Positions 1-8,492 of a DNA stretch of 39,781 nt are shown here, piece by piece. Each line of letters begins with the position of its first letter. Within the stretch, counting starts at the first letter, position 1. The notes under the pieces were generated by a model that made no database searches, was not told the origin of the DNA, and saw only the letters and a program-made list of their open reading frames with translations. This stretch comes from Kiritimatiellia bacterium (GTDB lineage: Bacteria > Verrucomicrobiota > Kiritimatiellia > RFP12 > UBA1067): NCBI GenBank assembly GCA_024405335.1, contig JAKSOX010000001.1, positions 1 through 39,781 on the forward strand, given 5' to 3'. Made by a program: the position numbers and the translations under genes.

Positions 1-49
1 CCTAATCGTACCGAACGGAAACCTAATCAAAACCTAATTGGCACCTAAT
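1..49. repeat. Four copies of CCTAAT (1-6, 22-27, 33-38, 44-49); the last three are spaced exactly 11 bp apart
   Basis: Read directly from the sequence: cctaatcgta..acctaatcaa aacctaattg gcacctaatc. The helical-turn phasing suggests a protein-binding array. The function is unknown. Confidence 0.5.
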
Positions 50-359
50 CGTTGTATCCGTTTAAGCAACAGGTTGAAGCGAATGTTTTCTGTTTTTGCC
101 GGTTATCCCTTTTTTCTTGCCGGGTGCCATTTTTTTGCCCCTCGCGCGCGCTCGTAATGTGGCGCTCGGTTGGGCGGAGGGGCGGCGCAGCCGAAGTCTG
201 CGCCATGAATCCGGCCGTGCTGCTGCCGACGGACTGGATCGGCGGTGCGCCTTGCGCGGTCATCCGCGTCGCTGATCCTGACCGCGCCTGCGTGTAAGAA
301 TGGCGAATGGTATTTTGAGTGCTAATTCATTATAGTGAACATTTATATCGATTTTGCCG

Positions 360-388
360 TTGACAGAGCAGTCGCAATGTGATATTAT
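360..388 (+). promoter_or_regulatory. Sigma70-type promoter: TTGACA (360-365), 17-nt spacer, TG-extended TATTAT (383-388)
   Basis: The -35 is a perfect consensus, the spacing is 17 nt, and TG sits one nt upstream of the -10. The ATG at 397 lies 8 nt after the -10, so the transcript is probably leaderless or nearly so. Confidence 0.6.
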
Positions 389-396
389 TCACTTTA

Positions 397-603
397 ATGA
401 ATATAGGCGAGATATCGGATTATATCGTTAGGCGGCGGAAGACCTTGAAGATTTCACAGCGGGAGCTGGCGGAATTGAGCGGGGTTTCGTTGCATTCGCT
501 TTCCAACCTTGAGTCGGGGAAGGGCAATCCCACGCTGGAGAGTCTGCTTAAGGTTGCGGATACCCTGGGGGTGACGATTACCGCGGGGGTGAATCGGATA
601 TGA
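397..603 (+). CDS. XRE-family helix-turn-helix transcriptional regulator (HipB-like)
   Basis: The HTH signature is ISQRELAELSGVSLHSLSNLESGKGNPTLESL. The stop overlaps the next ATG (ATGA at 600-603). The ORF track starts at 379, but ATG 397 fits the promoter geometry better. Confidence 0.8.
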   Translation: MNIGEISDYIVRRRKTLKISQRELAELSGVSLHSLSNLESGKGNPTLESLLKVADTLGVTITAGVNRI

Positions 604-1490
604 TCGTGCTGCCGTTCACTCACGCAGATCTGAATCTGCCGGCTCCGGATACCGGAACGCCGGTGCGGTCGTCGATTTCGGGTGTTCAGGACAAGGTCGA
701 GCTGTCTCGCCGTCGCGGCGGATTCGAGGTGGTCGATCACGGCGGTGAATACGTTCTCAAGCCGATTCCGTCGACGCCGTTGCCGAAGTATCAGTCGGAA
801 GTGCCGGTGAACGAGGCGCTGACGATGTCCGTCGCGAGCAGGATCTTCGGAATCGAGACGGCGAAGCACGAGGTCGTTTCGTTTCGGGACGGAGAGCTTG
901 CCTATCTGACGAAACGGTTTGACTATCGAGGTGGACAGAAGATACGGCAGGAAGACTTCTGCCAGCTGTCCGGACGGACGGCGGCGAGTCACGGGGCCGG
1001 CTATAAATATGACGCCAGTTACGAGGAGTGCGCCGACATCCTGCGGCGGTATTGCAACGCAAGTCGCGTGGAGCTGCCCAAGCTGTTTCGCCGCATACTG
1101 TTCTGCTACCTGTTCTCCAATGGCGACGCGCATCTGAAGAACTTCTCGCTGTATGAGTCGGAGCAGGGGGATATGGTGCTGTCTCCGGCGTACGATCTGC
1201 TGGCGACGTCGGTGCATATTCCGACCGAAACGCCGTTGGCGCTGGATCTGTTCGCAGACGGACACGTCACCCCGTCCTTTGAGACTCTTGGGTTCTACTC
1301 GTCCGCGGATTTCATCGAGCTGGGGCGTCGCTTCGGACTTGCGTCGGGCGCGGTCCGTAGCGAGATGGCCAGGTTCACTTCGGCAGTGGCGGAGGTCGCG
1401 GGATTGATTGACGGTTCGTTGCTTTCGCCGGCGGCAAAGACCGATTACGCCTCCGCGTTCGCCAATCGCATCAAGGCGATCAGACAATGA
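600..1490 (+). CDS. HipA-family Ser/Thr kinase core lacking N-subdomain 1 (HipT-like toxin)
   Basis: Three kinase motifs are present: the Gly-rich loop SSISGVQDKV, the catalytic motif FSNGDAHLKNFSL, and the Mg-binding motif SPAYDLLATS. At 296 aa it is shorter than the roughly 440-aa HipA. Confidence 0.85.
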   Translation: MIVLPFTHADLNLPAPDTGTPVRSSISGVQDKVELSRRRGGFEVVDHGGEYVLKPIPSTPLPKYQSEVPVNEALTMSVASRIFGIETAKHEVVSFRDGELAYLTKRFDYRGGQKIRQEDFCQLSGRTAASHGAGYKYDASYEECADILRRYCNASRVELPKLFRRILFCYLFSNGDAHLKNFSLYESEQGDMVLSPAYDLLATSVHIPTETPLALDLFADGHVTPSFETLGFYSSADFIELGRRFGLASGAVRSEMARFTSAVAEVAGLIDGSLLSPAAKTDYASAFANRIKAIRQ

Positions 1491-1810
1491 GAAGCGGTAT
1501 TGTCTATTACCGGGATCGCATCGCCGGTCGTCTGCTGGAATCGGACGACGGATACGAGTTCGCGTATCTGCCCGAGTATCTGAACGATTCTTCGGTTCCC
1601 TCGGTTTCGCTTACCTTGCCGAAGCGTCCGGAGCCCTACCGTTCGCCGCATCTGTTCGCGTTTTTCAGCGGTTTGCTCGCCGAGGGGGTCCAGAAGGACA
1701 TTCAGTGCAGATATCTTAAAATCGACGAGAATGACGAATTCGGACGCTTGCTGCTCACGAGCCGGCTGGATTGCATCGGCGCGGTCCACGTGGTGCCGGA
1801 TGCCGGCTGA
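1487..1810 (+). CDS. HipA N-terminal subdomain protein (HipS-like, 107 aa)
   Basis: It aligns by eye to the first ~100 aa of E. coli HipA (VSLTLP, FAFFSGLLAEG, RLDCIGAVHVVPD). It overlaps the kinase stop by ATGA. Confidence 0.75.
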   Translation: MRSGIVYYRDRIAGRLLESDDGYEFAYLPEYLNDSSVPSVSLTLPKRPEPYRSPHLFAFFSGLLAEGVQKDIQCRYLKIDENDEFGRLLLTSRLDCIGAVHVVPDAG

Positions 1811-1873
1811 GGAAGCATCGGTTTCGCAATTGCCTCGAATCGCACACTTGACCAACCCATTGCGGCGCAAACG

Positions 1874-1882
1874 TGGTATACT
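1874..1882 (+). promoter_or_regulatory. Extended -10 element TGGTATACT
   Basis: The motif cGTGGTATACT lies 8 nt upstream of ATG 1891. It belongs to a recurrent motif family in this window. Confidence 0.5.
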
Positions 1883-1890
1883 ACGCGCCC

Positions 1891-2322
1891 ATGGAACAAA
1901 AGCGTTTTGTCACGGAGGACGAAGAAGGCACTTGGGCCGTCGCGCGCGAATTCGCGGCGGAACTCAAGCCCGGCGACGTGGTGTGCCTGGAAGGCGACCT
2001 CGGCGCCGGCAAGACGACGTTCACGCAGGGGCTCGCGGCCGCGCTCGGCGCCGGGCGCGCGGTGACGAGTCCCACGTTCTGCCTCGTTTCCGAACATCCC
2101 GCCCGCGATTTCATGCTGGTGCACATGGACCTCTACCGTCTGCACGGTCCGGACGACGTGCTCGCGATCGGCTGGGAGGACTATCTCGCTCAGGGCGCGG
2201 TGCTGGTGGTGGAATGGCCCGACCGCGCCGGCGAATTGATTCCGCCATCGGCCAGGCACGTGGCGTTCACCCATCTTCCCGGCGCCGACGGCTGCCGCCG
2301 CGCCATCGAATTCAACCCTTGA
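1891..2322 (+). CDS. tsaE: tRNA t6A37 threonylcarbamoyladenosine biosynthesis ATPase TsaE (YjeE)
   Basis: It has the Walker A motif GDLGAGKTTFTQGL, then SPTF and DLYRL, at the typical ~145-aa size. The GTG at 1873 given by the ORF track lies inside the -10 element, so ATG 1891 is preferred. Confidence 0.8.
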   Translation: MEQKRFVTEDEEGTWAVAREFAAELKPGDVVCLEGDLGAGKTTFTQGLAAALGAGRAVTSPTFCLVSEHPARDFMLVHMDLYRLHGPDDVLAIGWEDYLAQGAVLVVEWPDRAGELIPPSARHVAFTHLPGADGCRRAIEFNP

Positions 2323-2340
2323 TCCGCAGAACCGACTTCC

Positions 2341-3663
2341 ATGAACGTCAACAAAATCAATCCTTCCACCCTCAAGATCACGGACATGCGCTTCGCCGAC
2401 ATCGACGGCGCTCCGAAGCGCTGCACGCTGATGAAGCTCTACACCAACCAGGGGCTCGTCGGCTACGGCGAGGTGCGCGACGCCTCCAGCCGCACCTACG
2501 CGGCGATGCTCAAAAGCCGCATCCTCGGCGAGAATCCGTGCAACGTGGAGAAGATATTCCGCCGCATCAAGCAGTTCGGCGGCGATTCGCGCCAGGCCGG
2601 CGGCGTGTGCGCGGTGGAGCTCGCGTGCTGGGACTTGTGCGGCAAGGCGTGGGGCGTGCCCGTGTGGCAGCTCCTCGGCGGCAAATGGCGCGACGAGATC
2701 CGCTGCTACTGCGACACGGATTCGGAGGGCGGCGGACGCGACATGGGCCAGGCGCTCAAGGCGCGCATGGAGATGGGCTTCACGTTCCTCAAGATGGATC
2801 TCGGCATCGAGCTCATCCGCGAGATTCCCGGCGCGCTCATCGCGCCGCTCGGGTATCTCGACTACCTGAAGCGGATGAAGCACGTCGTCAACACGCCGCA
2901 CGGGTCGATCGATCCGAAGTGCATGCGCGGCGAGGCGTACGATTTGTTCAACACGGCGCACGGCTTCACCGGGATCCACGTCACCGAGAAGGGGCTCGAC
3001 CACCTCGAAAAGTACATGGCCGACGTCCGCAAGGTGGTCGGCTGGGAGGTGCCGATCGCGATCGACCACTTGGGCCACATTCCGTACGAGGACTGCGTGC
3101 AGCTGCTGCGGCGGCTCGAGAAGTACCACCTTTCCTGGGCGGAGGACGTGCTGCCGTGGCGCAACGTCGAACAGTGGAAGCAGCTCCACGCGGCCACCAC
3201 CACGCCCCTGGGGACGGGCGAGGACGTGTACCTCAAGGAAGATTTCATGCCCTTGCTCGAGTCGCACGCGCTCGCGGTGGTGCATCCCGACCTGCTCACG
3301 GCGGGCGGCTGCCTCGAAACGAAGAAAATCGGCGACGCGGCCGAGGACTTCGGCGTGCAGATGAACCTGCACATGGCCGAAAGCCCGATCGCCTGTCTGG
3401 CGGCGGTGCACGTGGCGGCGGCGACGCGCAATTTCATGGCGCTCGAACTCCACAGCGTGGACGTGCCGTGGTGGGGCGACCTCGTGAAACCGGCGCTCTC
3501 GTACGCGGGCGGCTTCATCAAGGTTCCGGACAAGCCCGGACTCGGCATCGACGCGCTGAACGAGAAGCTGGTCGAGAAACATTTGTGCAAGGATTTCCCG
3601 CCGGCGTGGGCGCCCACGGCGGAATGGGACAAGGAATGGTCCAACGACCGCCGGTGGTCGTGA
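2341..3663 (+). CDS. Enolase-superfamily enzyme (mandelate racemase/muconate lactonizing enzyme family; probable sugar-acid dehydratase)
   Basis: The N-terminal capping region is GLVGYGEV. Barrel metal-ligand-like motifs are FLKMDLG, WAEDVLP and GTGEDVY. The substrate cannot be determined. Confidence 0.65.
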   Translation: MNVNKINPSTLKITDMRFADIDGAPKRCTLMKLYTNQGLVGYGEVRDASSRTYAAMLKSRILGENPCNVEKIFRRIKQFGGDSRQAGGVCAVELACWDLCGKAWGVPVWQLLGGKWRDEIRCYCDTDSEGGGRDMGQALKARMEMGFTFLKMDLGIELIREIPGALIAPLGYLDYLKRMKHVVNTPHGSIDPKCMRGEAYDLFNTAHGFTGIHVTEKGLDHLEKYMADVRKVVGWEVPIAIDHLGHIPYEDCVQLLRRLEKYHLSWAEDVLPWRNVEQWKQLHAATTTPLGTGEDVYLKEDFMPLLESHALAVVHPDLLTAGGCLETKKIGDAAEDFGVQMNLHMAESPIACLAAVHVAAATRNFMALELHSVDVPWWGDLVKPALSYAGGFIKVPDKPGLGIDALNEKLVEKHLCKDFPPAWAPTAEWDKEWSNDRRWS

Positions 3664-3709
3664 GGGCGGTTGCGTTTTCGGGTTCGGAACACGGAAAGGA
3701 AGAAACGGC

Positions 3710-4585
3710 ATGGCTGCGGATTTGATCGACGGAAAGAAACTGGCGGCGGACCTGCGCGCGGAAATCGCGGCGGGCGTCGCGAAACTGAAAGCGGAAAAGG
3801 GCGTGACGCCCGGTCTCGCGGTGATTCTCGTGGGCGACAACCCGGCGAGCGTTTCCTACGTGACGGCCAAGGAGAAGGCGTGCGCCGAGGCGGGCATGTA
3901 CTCGCGCGAAATCCGGCTGCCGGCGGAGACGCCCGAAGCGGATTTGCTCGCGCTCATCGGCGAATTGAACGCCGACCCCGCGATCCACGGCATTCTCGTG
4001 CAGCTGCCGCTGCCGAAGGGCGTTTCCGAAAAGCGCGTGATCGACGCCATCGCCGCCGAGAAGGACGTGGACGGCTTCACGCCCGTGAACGTGGGCAAGA
4101 TGCTCATCGGCGAGGAATGCTTCCTGCCGTGCACGCCGCACGGCATCGTCAAGCTCGTCCAGGTCACGGGCATGGACCTCAAGGGCAAGCACGCCGTGGT
4201 GATCGGCCGTTCGAACATCGTGGGCAAGCCCGTGGCGGTGCTGCTGTCGCGCAAGGACGTGAACGCCACGGTGACCATGTGCCACACGGGCACGAAGGAC
4301 CTCGCCGCGTTCACGAAGACGGCCGACGTGGTGGTGGTGGCGGCGGGCCGTCCGAACACGCTGACGGGCGACATGCTCAAGCCGGGCGCCGTGGTGATCG
4401 ACGTGGGCGTCAACCGCGTGCCGGACGCGTCCAAGCCGAAGGGATACCGTCTCTGCGGCGACGCGGACTTCGCGAGCTGTTCCGAAGTCGCCTCCGCCAT
4501 CACGCCCGTGCCGGGCGGCGTCGGCCCGATGACGATCACGATGCTGTTGTGGAACACGCTGGAGGCGGCATGTCGCGCGCGTTGA
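3710..4585 (+). CDS. folD: Bifunctional methylenetetrahydrofolate dehydrogenase/methenyl-THF cyclohydrolase FolD
   Basis: Motifs present are [42 protein letters not shown] and [11 protein letters not shown] Shine-Dalgarno sequence (aaaggaag) lies upstream. Confidence 0.9.
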   Translation: MAADLIDGKKLAADLRAEIAAGVAKLKAEKGVTPGLAVILVGDNPASVSYVTAKEKACAEAGMYSREIRLPAETPEADLLALIGELNADPAIHGILVQLPLPKGVSEKRVIDAIAAEKDVDGFTPVNVGKMLIGEECFLPCTPHGIVKLVQVTGMDLKGKHAVVIGRSNIVGKPVAVLLSRKDVNATVTMCHTGTKDLAAFTKTADVVVVAAGRPNTLTGDMLKPGAVVIDVGVNRVPDASKPKGYRLCGDADFASCSEVASAITPVPGGVGPMTITMLLWNTLEAACRAR

Positions 4586-4935
4586 CGGTGGCCGGCGCCG
4601 TGGGCATGCTGGTGGTGAGCAACCTGTTCATGCTCATGGCCTGGTATTGGCACATGAAGCCCGGCAGCTTCATCGGCCGCCAACCGCTGTGGGCCGTGAT
4701 CCTGCTCAGCTGGTGCATCGCATTGCTCGAATACGTCGTGATGATTCCCGCGAACCGCATCGGCGGCGAAGCCGGGCTCACGGTGGGCCAGCTCAAAATC
4801 GTCCAGGAAGTGGTCACGGTGGGCGTGTTCATCCCGTTCGTGGTATTTTTCATGGGCGAGAAGTGGCGTTGGGACTATTTGTGGGCGCTCCTCTGCATGG
4901 TGGGCGCCGTCTACTTCGTCAACCGCGCCCGCTGA
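4570..4935 (+). CDS. Small DMT-superfamily membrane protein (DUF486-like, 121 aa)
   Basis: It has four hydrophobic segments. It is the C-terminal part of ORF 3670-4935, starting at ATG 4570, and overlaps the folD end by 16 nt. Confidence 0.6.
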   Translation: MSRALTVAGAVGMLVVSNLFMLMAWYWHMKPGSFIGRQPLWAVILLSWCIALLEYVVMIPANRIGGEAGLTVGQLKIVQEVVTVGVFIPFVVFFMGEKWRWDYLWALLCMVGAVYFVNRAR

Positions 4936-4942
4936 TTCCCCG

Positions 4943-4966
4943 CGCCCGCGATCATCGGCGCGGGCG
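4943..4966 (+). terminator. GC hairpin (8-bp stem CGCCCGCG/CGCGGGCG, 8-nt loop) after the DMT gene; possibly a weak terminator
   Basis: The stem was read directly from the sequence. No immediate U-tract follows, so terminator function is uncertain. Confidence 0.3.
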
Positions 4967-4997
4967 ACATGCGCCCGTTGAAGTTTTGTCGCGGACG

Positions 4998-5006
4998 TGA
5001 TACAAT
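4998..5006 (+). promoter_or_regulatory. Extended -10 element TGATACAAT upstream of tig
   Basis: ggaCGTGATACAAT resembles ggaCGTGGTATAAT at 16815. It sits 49 nt upstream of tig ATG 5056, which has its own Shine-Dalgarno sequence (gaaagg). Confidence 0.45.
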
Positions 5007-5055
5007 AGCCACTCATTTTTTTCAAAGGCGGTTTTTCCAGAAGAAAGGCGAACAA

Positions 5056-6261
5056 ATGAAAGTTGACAAGAAAGTCGAAAAGAACGCGTGCGTGGTGTCC
5101 CTCACGGTGAAGGCCGAGCCGGACGAAATCAAGGACGCCTGCAAGAAAGTCCTGAACGCGTTCGTGCGCAACGGCAGCATCCCCGGGTTTCGTCCGGGCA
5201 AGGCGCCGGTGGAGGTCGTGAAGAACAAATTCGCGGCGGAAATCAAGCAGGAGACGCAGGGCGAATGCTTCCGCATGCTGTATCCGAAGGCCCTTGAAGA
5301 GGCCGGGCTGAACCCCGTGGCGATGGAAGGCGTCACGGAGGCGACGCTCGCCCCGGAAACCGGTTTCTCCTTCACGGTGATCGTGGAAGTGCGCCCGGAA
5401 TACAAGCTGCCCAAGTACAAGGGCATCTCCATCAAGCCCGGCGACACGGCGGTGTCGGAAGAAGCGGTGACCAAGCAGATCGAAGATTTCCGCAAGGCGT
5501 TCGCCAAGTTCGAGGACGCCAAGGAAGGCGACGCGATTTCCGAGGGCGACTTCGTGCAGTTCGACTACGACGGCACGCTCAAGGGCAAGCCGCTCGCGGA
5601 GGTGGTGGCCGACGTGCCGGCCGTGTGCGGCGCCAAGGGCTACTGGACGCAGCTCGAAGAAGGGCGCTTCCTGCCCGAAATCCTCGAAGCGCTCAAGGGA
5701 CTCAAGGTCGGCGACGAAACGACGGCGAAGGTCAAGTTCGCCAAGGACAACGCTCCCGAGCCGCTCAAGGGCAAGACGTGCGAATACGCGCTCAAGGTGC
5801 TCGCGTTCCGCAAGCGGCAGCTGCCGGACGACGCGAAGTTCGTCGAAGACGCCAAGGCCGAGTCCATGGAAAAGCTCCGCGCCGACACGCGCGCGCGCCT
5901 CGAAAAGCAGGCGGCCGACGCCGAAGCCGCGAACCGCAAGAACCAGGCGATCGAAGCGCTCGTCAAGAAAGCCGATTTCGACGTGCCGCCGTCGCTCGTC
6001 CAGCGCCAGACCGAGGCGTACCTCAGCCAGCTCGCGCAGCAGATGCAGTACGCGGGCGTGACCAGCGACTACATCGAGCAGCACCGCGAGGAAATCCTCA
6101 AGGACGCCACCGAACGCGCGACCACGCAGGTGCGCCTTTCCTACGTTCTTCTCGACATCGCCGACGCCGAGAAGATCGAAGTCGACGAGAAGGACGAAGC
6201 CAAGCGCGACCAGGCCCGCGCCGAAAAGACGCTCGACTTCATTCTCGCGAACGCGAAGTGA
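5056..6261 (+). CDS. tig: Trigger factor
   Basis: The N-terminal ribosome-binding region is [12 protein letters not shown]. The gene sits in the conserved tig-clpP-clpX order. The start is taken at MKVDKK. Confidence 0.85.
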   Translation: MKVDKKVEKNACVVSLTVKAEPDEIKDACKKVLNAFVRNGSIPGFRPGKAPVEVVKNKFAAEIKQETQGECFRMLYPKALEEAGLNPVAMEGVTEATLAPETGFSFTVIVEVRPEYKLPKYKGISIKPGDTAVSEEAVTKQIEDFRKAFAKFEDAKEGDAISEGDFVQFDYDGTLKGKPLAEVVADVPAVCGAKGYWTQLEEGRFLPEILEALKGLKVGDETTAKVKFAKDNAPEPLKGKTCEYALKVLAFRKRQLPDDAKFVEDAKAESMEKLRADTRARLEKQAADAEAANRKNQAIEALVKKADFDVPPSLVQRQTEAYLSQLAQQMQYAGVTSDYIEQHREEILKDATERATTQVRLSYVLLDIADAEKIEVDEKDEAKRDQARAEKTLDFILANAK

Positions 6262-6280
6262 TCAGGAGAATTGGATTGAC

Positions 6281-6877
6281 ATGAACGCGAAGAACTATCT
6301 GGTTCCGATGGTCGTGGAGCAGACCTCGCGCGGCGAGCGCTCCTACGACATCTATTCCCGTCTGCTGCAGGACCGCATCGTGCTGCTGGGCGGCGAAGTG
6401 ACGGACGAATCCGCCAACCTCATCGTGGCCCAGCTCCTGTTTCTGCAGGCGCAGGACGCGAAGAAGGAAATCTCCATGTACGTGAACTCGCCGGGCGGCA
6501 GCGTCACGGCGGGTCTCGCCATCTACGACACGATGCAGTTCATTTCGTGTCCGGTGGCCACGTACTGCATCGGCCAGGCCGCGTCCATGGGCGCGGTGCT
6601 GCTCACGGCCGGCGCGAAGGGCAAGCGTTTCGCGCTGCCCAACGCGCGGATCATGATCCACCAGCCGTGGGGCGGCGCCGAAGGCAAGGCGTCCGACATC
6701 GAAATCACCGCCCGCGAAATCCTGCGCCTCAAGGAGCGACTCAACGAGATCCTGGCGGCGCATTCCGGCCGCAAGATCGAAGAGGTCGTCCGCGACACCG
6801 ACCGCGACCATTTCATGAGCGCCGTCGAGGCGCAGGAGTGGGGTTTGGTGGACAAAGTCCTCGTTCCGAAGAAGTAA
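6281..6877 (+). CDS. clpP: ATP-dependent Clp protease proteolytic subunit ClpP
   Basis: Motifs present are [11 protein letters not shown], the catalytic Ser in GQAASMGA, and His in IMIHQP. A Shine-Dalgarno sequence (aggag) lies upstream. Confidence 0.95.
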   Translation: MNAKNYLVPMVVEQTSRGERSYDIYSRLLQDRIVLLGGEVTDESANLIVAQLLFLQAQDAKKEISMYVNSPGGSVTAGLAIYDTMQFISCPVATYCIGQAASMGAVLLTAGAKGKRFALPNARIMIHQPWGGAEGKASDIEITAREILRLKERLNEILAAHSGRKIEEVVRDTDRDHFMSAVEAQEWGLVDKVLVPKK

Positions 6878-6880
6878 GCC

Positions 6881-8101
6881 ATGGCGCGCAAAACCGAAAA
6901 TCCCCGCTGCAGTTTCTGCGGCCTTTCGCCGCGCGACGGAGTGTCCGTGGTGCCCGGTCCCGAGGGCGCGAACATCTGCAACGAATGCGCCACGATGCTG
7001 GCGCGGATGTTCGAGCAGACCGAAAAGAAGACCTCCGGAGCCGTCCGCAAGACGCCGCCGATGGGCCCCGTGCCCACGCCGAAGGCCATCAAGGCGGAGC
7101 TCGACAAGTACGTGATCGGCCAGGACGCGACGAAGAAAATCCTCGCCGTCGCGGTGCACAACCACTACCGCCGCCTCGAAGCCCCGAAGACGGACGACGA
7201 CGTCGAAATCGAAAAGTCCAACATTCTGCTCATCGGCCCCACGGGCTGCGGCAAGACGCTTTTCGCCAAGACGCTCGCGCGGATGCTCAAGGTGCCGTTC
7301 GCCATCGGCGACGCCACCACCCTCACGGAGGCCGGCTACGTGGGCGAAGACGTGGAAAACCTCGTCCGCTACCTGCTGCAGAACGCGGGCGGCGACGTGG
7401 AACTCGCCAAGCGAGGCATCATCTACGTGGACGAGATCGACAAGATCGCCTCCAAGACGGACAACGTGTCCATCACGCGCGACGTCAGCGGCGAGGGCGT
7501 GCAGCAGGCGCTGCTGAAGATTCTCGAAGGCACCACGTGCCGCATTCCGCCGAAAGGCGGCCGCAAGCATCCGGACCAGGAGTACATCGAGGTGGACACC
7601 TCGAACGTCCTTTTCATCTGCGGCGGCGCGTTCGTGGGGCTGGACCGCATCGTGGGCGAACGTTCCGGCAACCGCGCGATCGGCTACGGCGCCGTGGAAC
7701 AGGCGGCCGAAAAGCAGGCGGCCGACGACCTGAATCCGCTCGACGTGCGTCCCGAGGACCTCGTGAAGTTCGGCCTCATCCCAGAATTCACCGGGCGCCT
7801 GCCCGTGGTCACCGCGATGAAGGAGCTCACGGAAGACGAGCTCGTGCGCGTGCTGACGGAGCCGAAGAACTGCCTCGTGAAGCAGTACCGCACACTGCTC
7901 GCTTTGGACGGCGTGTCGCTCGAATTCGAGCCCGCGGCCCTCAAGGCCCTGGCGCGCAACGCGATTGCCCGCAAGACGGGCGCGCGCGGTCTGCGCGCTG
8001 CGATGGAGCGCATCATGACGGACGTGATGTTCGACGCTCCGGAAGGCAAGATCCGCAAGGTCGTCGTCACCGAGGAAATGGTCAAAGAAGGCCTCAAATG
8101 A
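6881..8101 (+). CDS. clpX: ATP-dependent Clp protease ATP-binding subunit ClpX
   Basis: It has the zinc-finger motif CSFCG...CNEC, the Walker A motif GPTGCGKT, and [10 protein letters not shown]. Confidence 0.95.
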   Translation: MARKTENPRCSFCGLSPRDGVSVVPGPEGANICNECATMLARMFEQTEKKTSGAVRKTPPMGPVPTPKAIKAELDKYVIGQDATKKILAVAVHNHYRRLEAPKTDDDVEIEKSNILLIGPTGCGKTLFAKTLARMLKVPFAIGDATTLTEAGYVGEDVENLVRYLLQNAGGDVELAKRGIIYVDEIDKIASKTDNVSITRDVSGEGVQQALLKILEGTTCRIPPKGGRKHPDQEYIEVDTSNVLFICGGAFVGLDRIVGERSGNRAIGYGAVEQAAEKQAADDLNPLDVRPEDLVKFGLIPEFTGRLPVVTAMKELTEDELVRVLTEPKNCLVKQYRTLLALDGVSLEFEPAALKALARNAIARKTGARGLRAAMERIMTDVMFDAPEGKIRKVVVTEEMVKEGLK

Positions 8102-8451
8102 CGGTCACGCTGCTGAAGTCGAAACTCCACCGCATCCACGTAACCGAAGCGCGGCTCGACTACGTGGGGTCGCTCACGGTGGACGAGGATTTCATGGACG
8201 CCGCCGGAATTTTCAACTACGAAAAGATACTGGTGGCGGACGTGGAAAACGGCAACCGGTTCGAGACGTACGCGATCAAGGGAGCCCGCGGATCGGGCAC
8301 GTGCTGCCTGAACGGCGCCGCCGCGCACAAGGGCGCGGTGGGTGACCGGCTCATCGTGATGGCGTTCGCCCAGATGCCGCCCGAAGAGGCCGCGGCGCAC
8401 GAGCCCAAGGTGGTGTTCTTCCGCGAAGACTCCAACATCCCGCGGCTTTGA
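8098..8451 (+). CDS. panD: Aspartate 1-decarboxylase PanD
   Basis: The sequence reads [25 protein letters not shown], with the Gly-Ser self-processing site. It is 117 aa and overlaps the clpX stop by ATGA. Confidence 0.85.
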   Translation: MTVTLLKSKLHRIHVTEARLDYVGSLTVDEDFMDAAGIFNYEKILVADVENGNRFETYAIKGARGSGTCCLNGAAAHKGAVGDRLIVMAFAQMPPEEAAAHEPKVVFFREDSNIPRL

Positions 8452-8476
8452 CGGTGGTGCGCTGGCGCGGCAGTTG

Positions 8477-8485
8477 TGGTATAAT
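8477..8485 (+). promoter_or_regulatory. Extended -10 element TGGTATAAT
   Basis: The motif ttGTGGTATAAT ends 7 nt before metF ATG 8493, and no Shine-Dalgarno sequence can fit in that gap. This implies a leaderless mRNA. Confidence 0.55.
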
Positions 8486-8492
8486 GTGCCGC

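Noticed and set aside
45-297. Small ORFs at 52-297 (+) and 45-263 (-) at the start of the window.
   Set aside because: They have no Shine-Dalgarno sequence or promoter, an odd Cys/Arg-rich composition and no recognisable motifs. The region is better described as non-coding, as covered in the finding on 1-378.
1826-1833. The short palindrome GCAATTGC after the HipS-like gene, considered as a possible terminator or operator.
   Set aside because: It is only 8 bp, with no flanking stem extension and no U-tract. That is not enough evidence for any function.
290-1870. Possible direct repeats (att-like) flanking the Hip module.
   Set aside because: The only shared string I could find is the 7-mer TCGCAAT (about 372-378 and about 1824-1830). 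That is too short to distinguish from chance. The idea that this is a horizontally acquired island rests only on the visible drop in GC.
1731-3725. Long + strand alternative-frame ORFs, including 6547-8097, 8801-9349, 11655-13838, 14008-15783, 22756-24723, 24696-26384, 26395-27789, 33071-35554 and 35570-37051.
   Set aside because: They are out of frame with well-supported genes and are Arg/Gly/Pro-rich nonsense. Only the in-frame 3' portions were kept, where a recognisable protein begins (panD, tatD, DMT, the pseudopilins and rsmA).
4836-4852. TGGTATTTT followed by ATG inside the DMT gene, resembling the leaderless promoter motif. A similar TGGTATTTT occurs at 309-317.
   Set aside because: The 4836 site lies within a coding region, in frame as ...VVFFMGEKW, and no downstream ORF starts there. 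The 309 site has no start codon at the expected distance. Both are probably chance occurrences.
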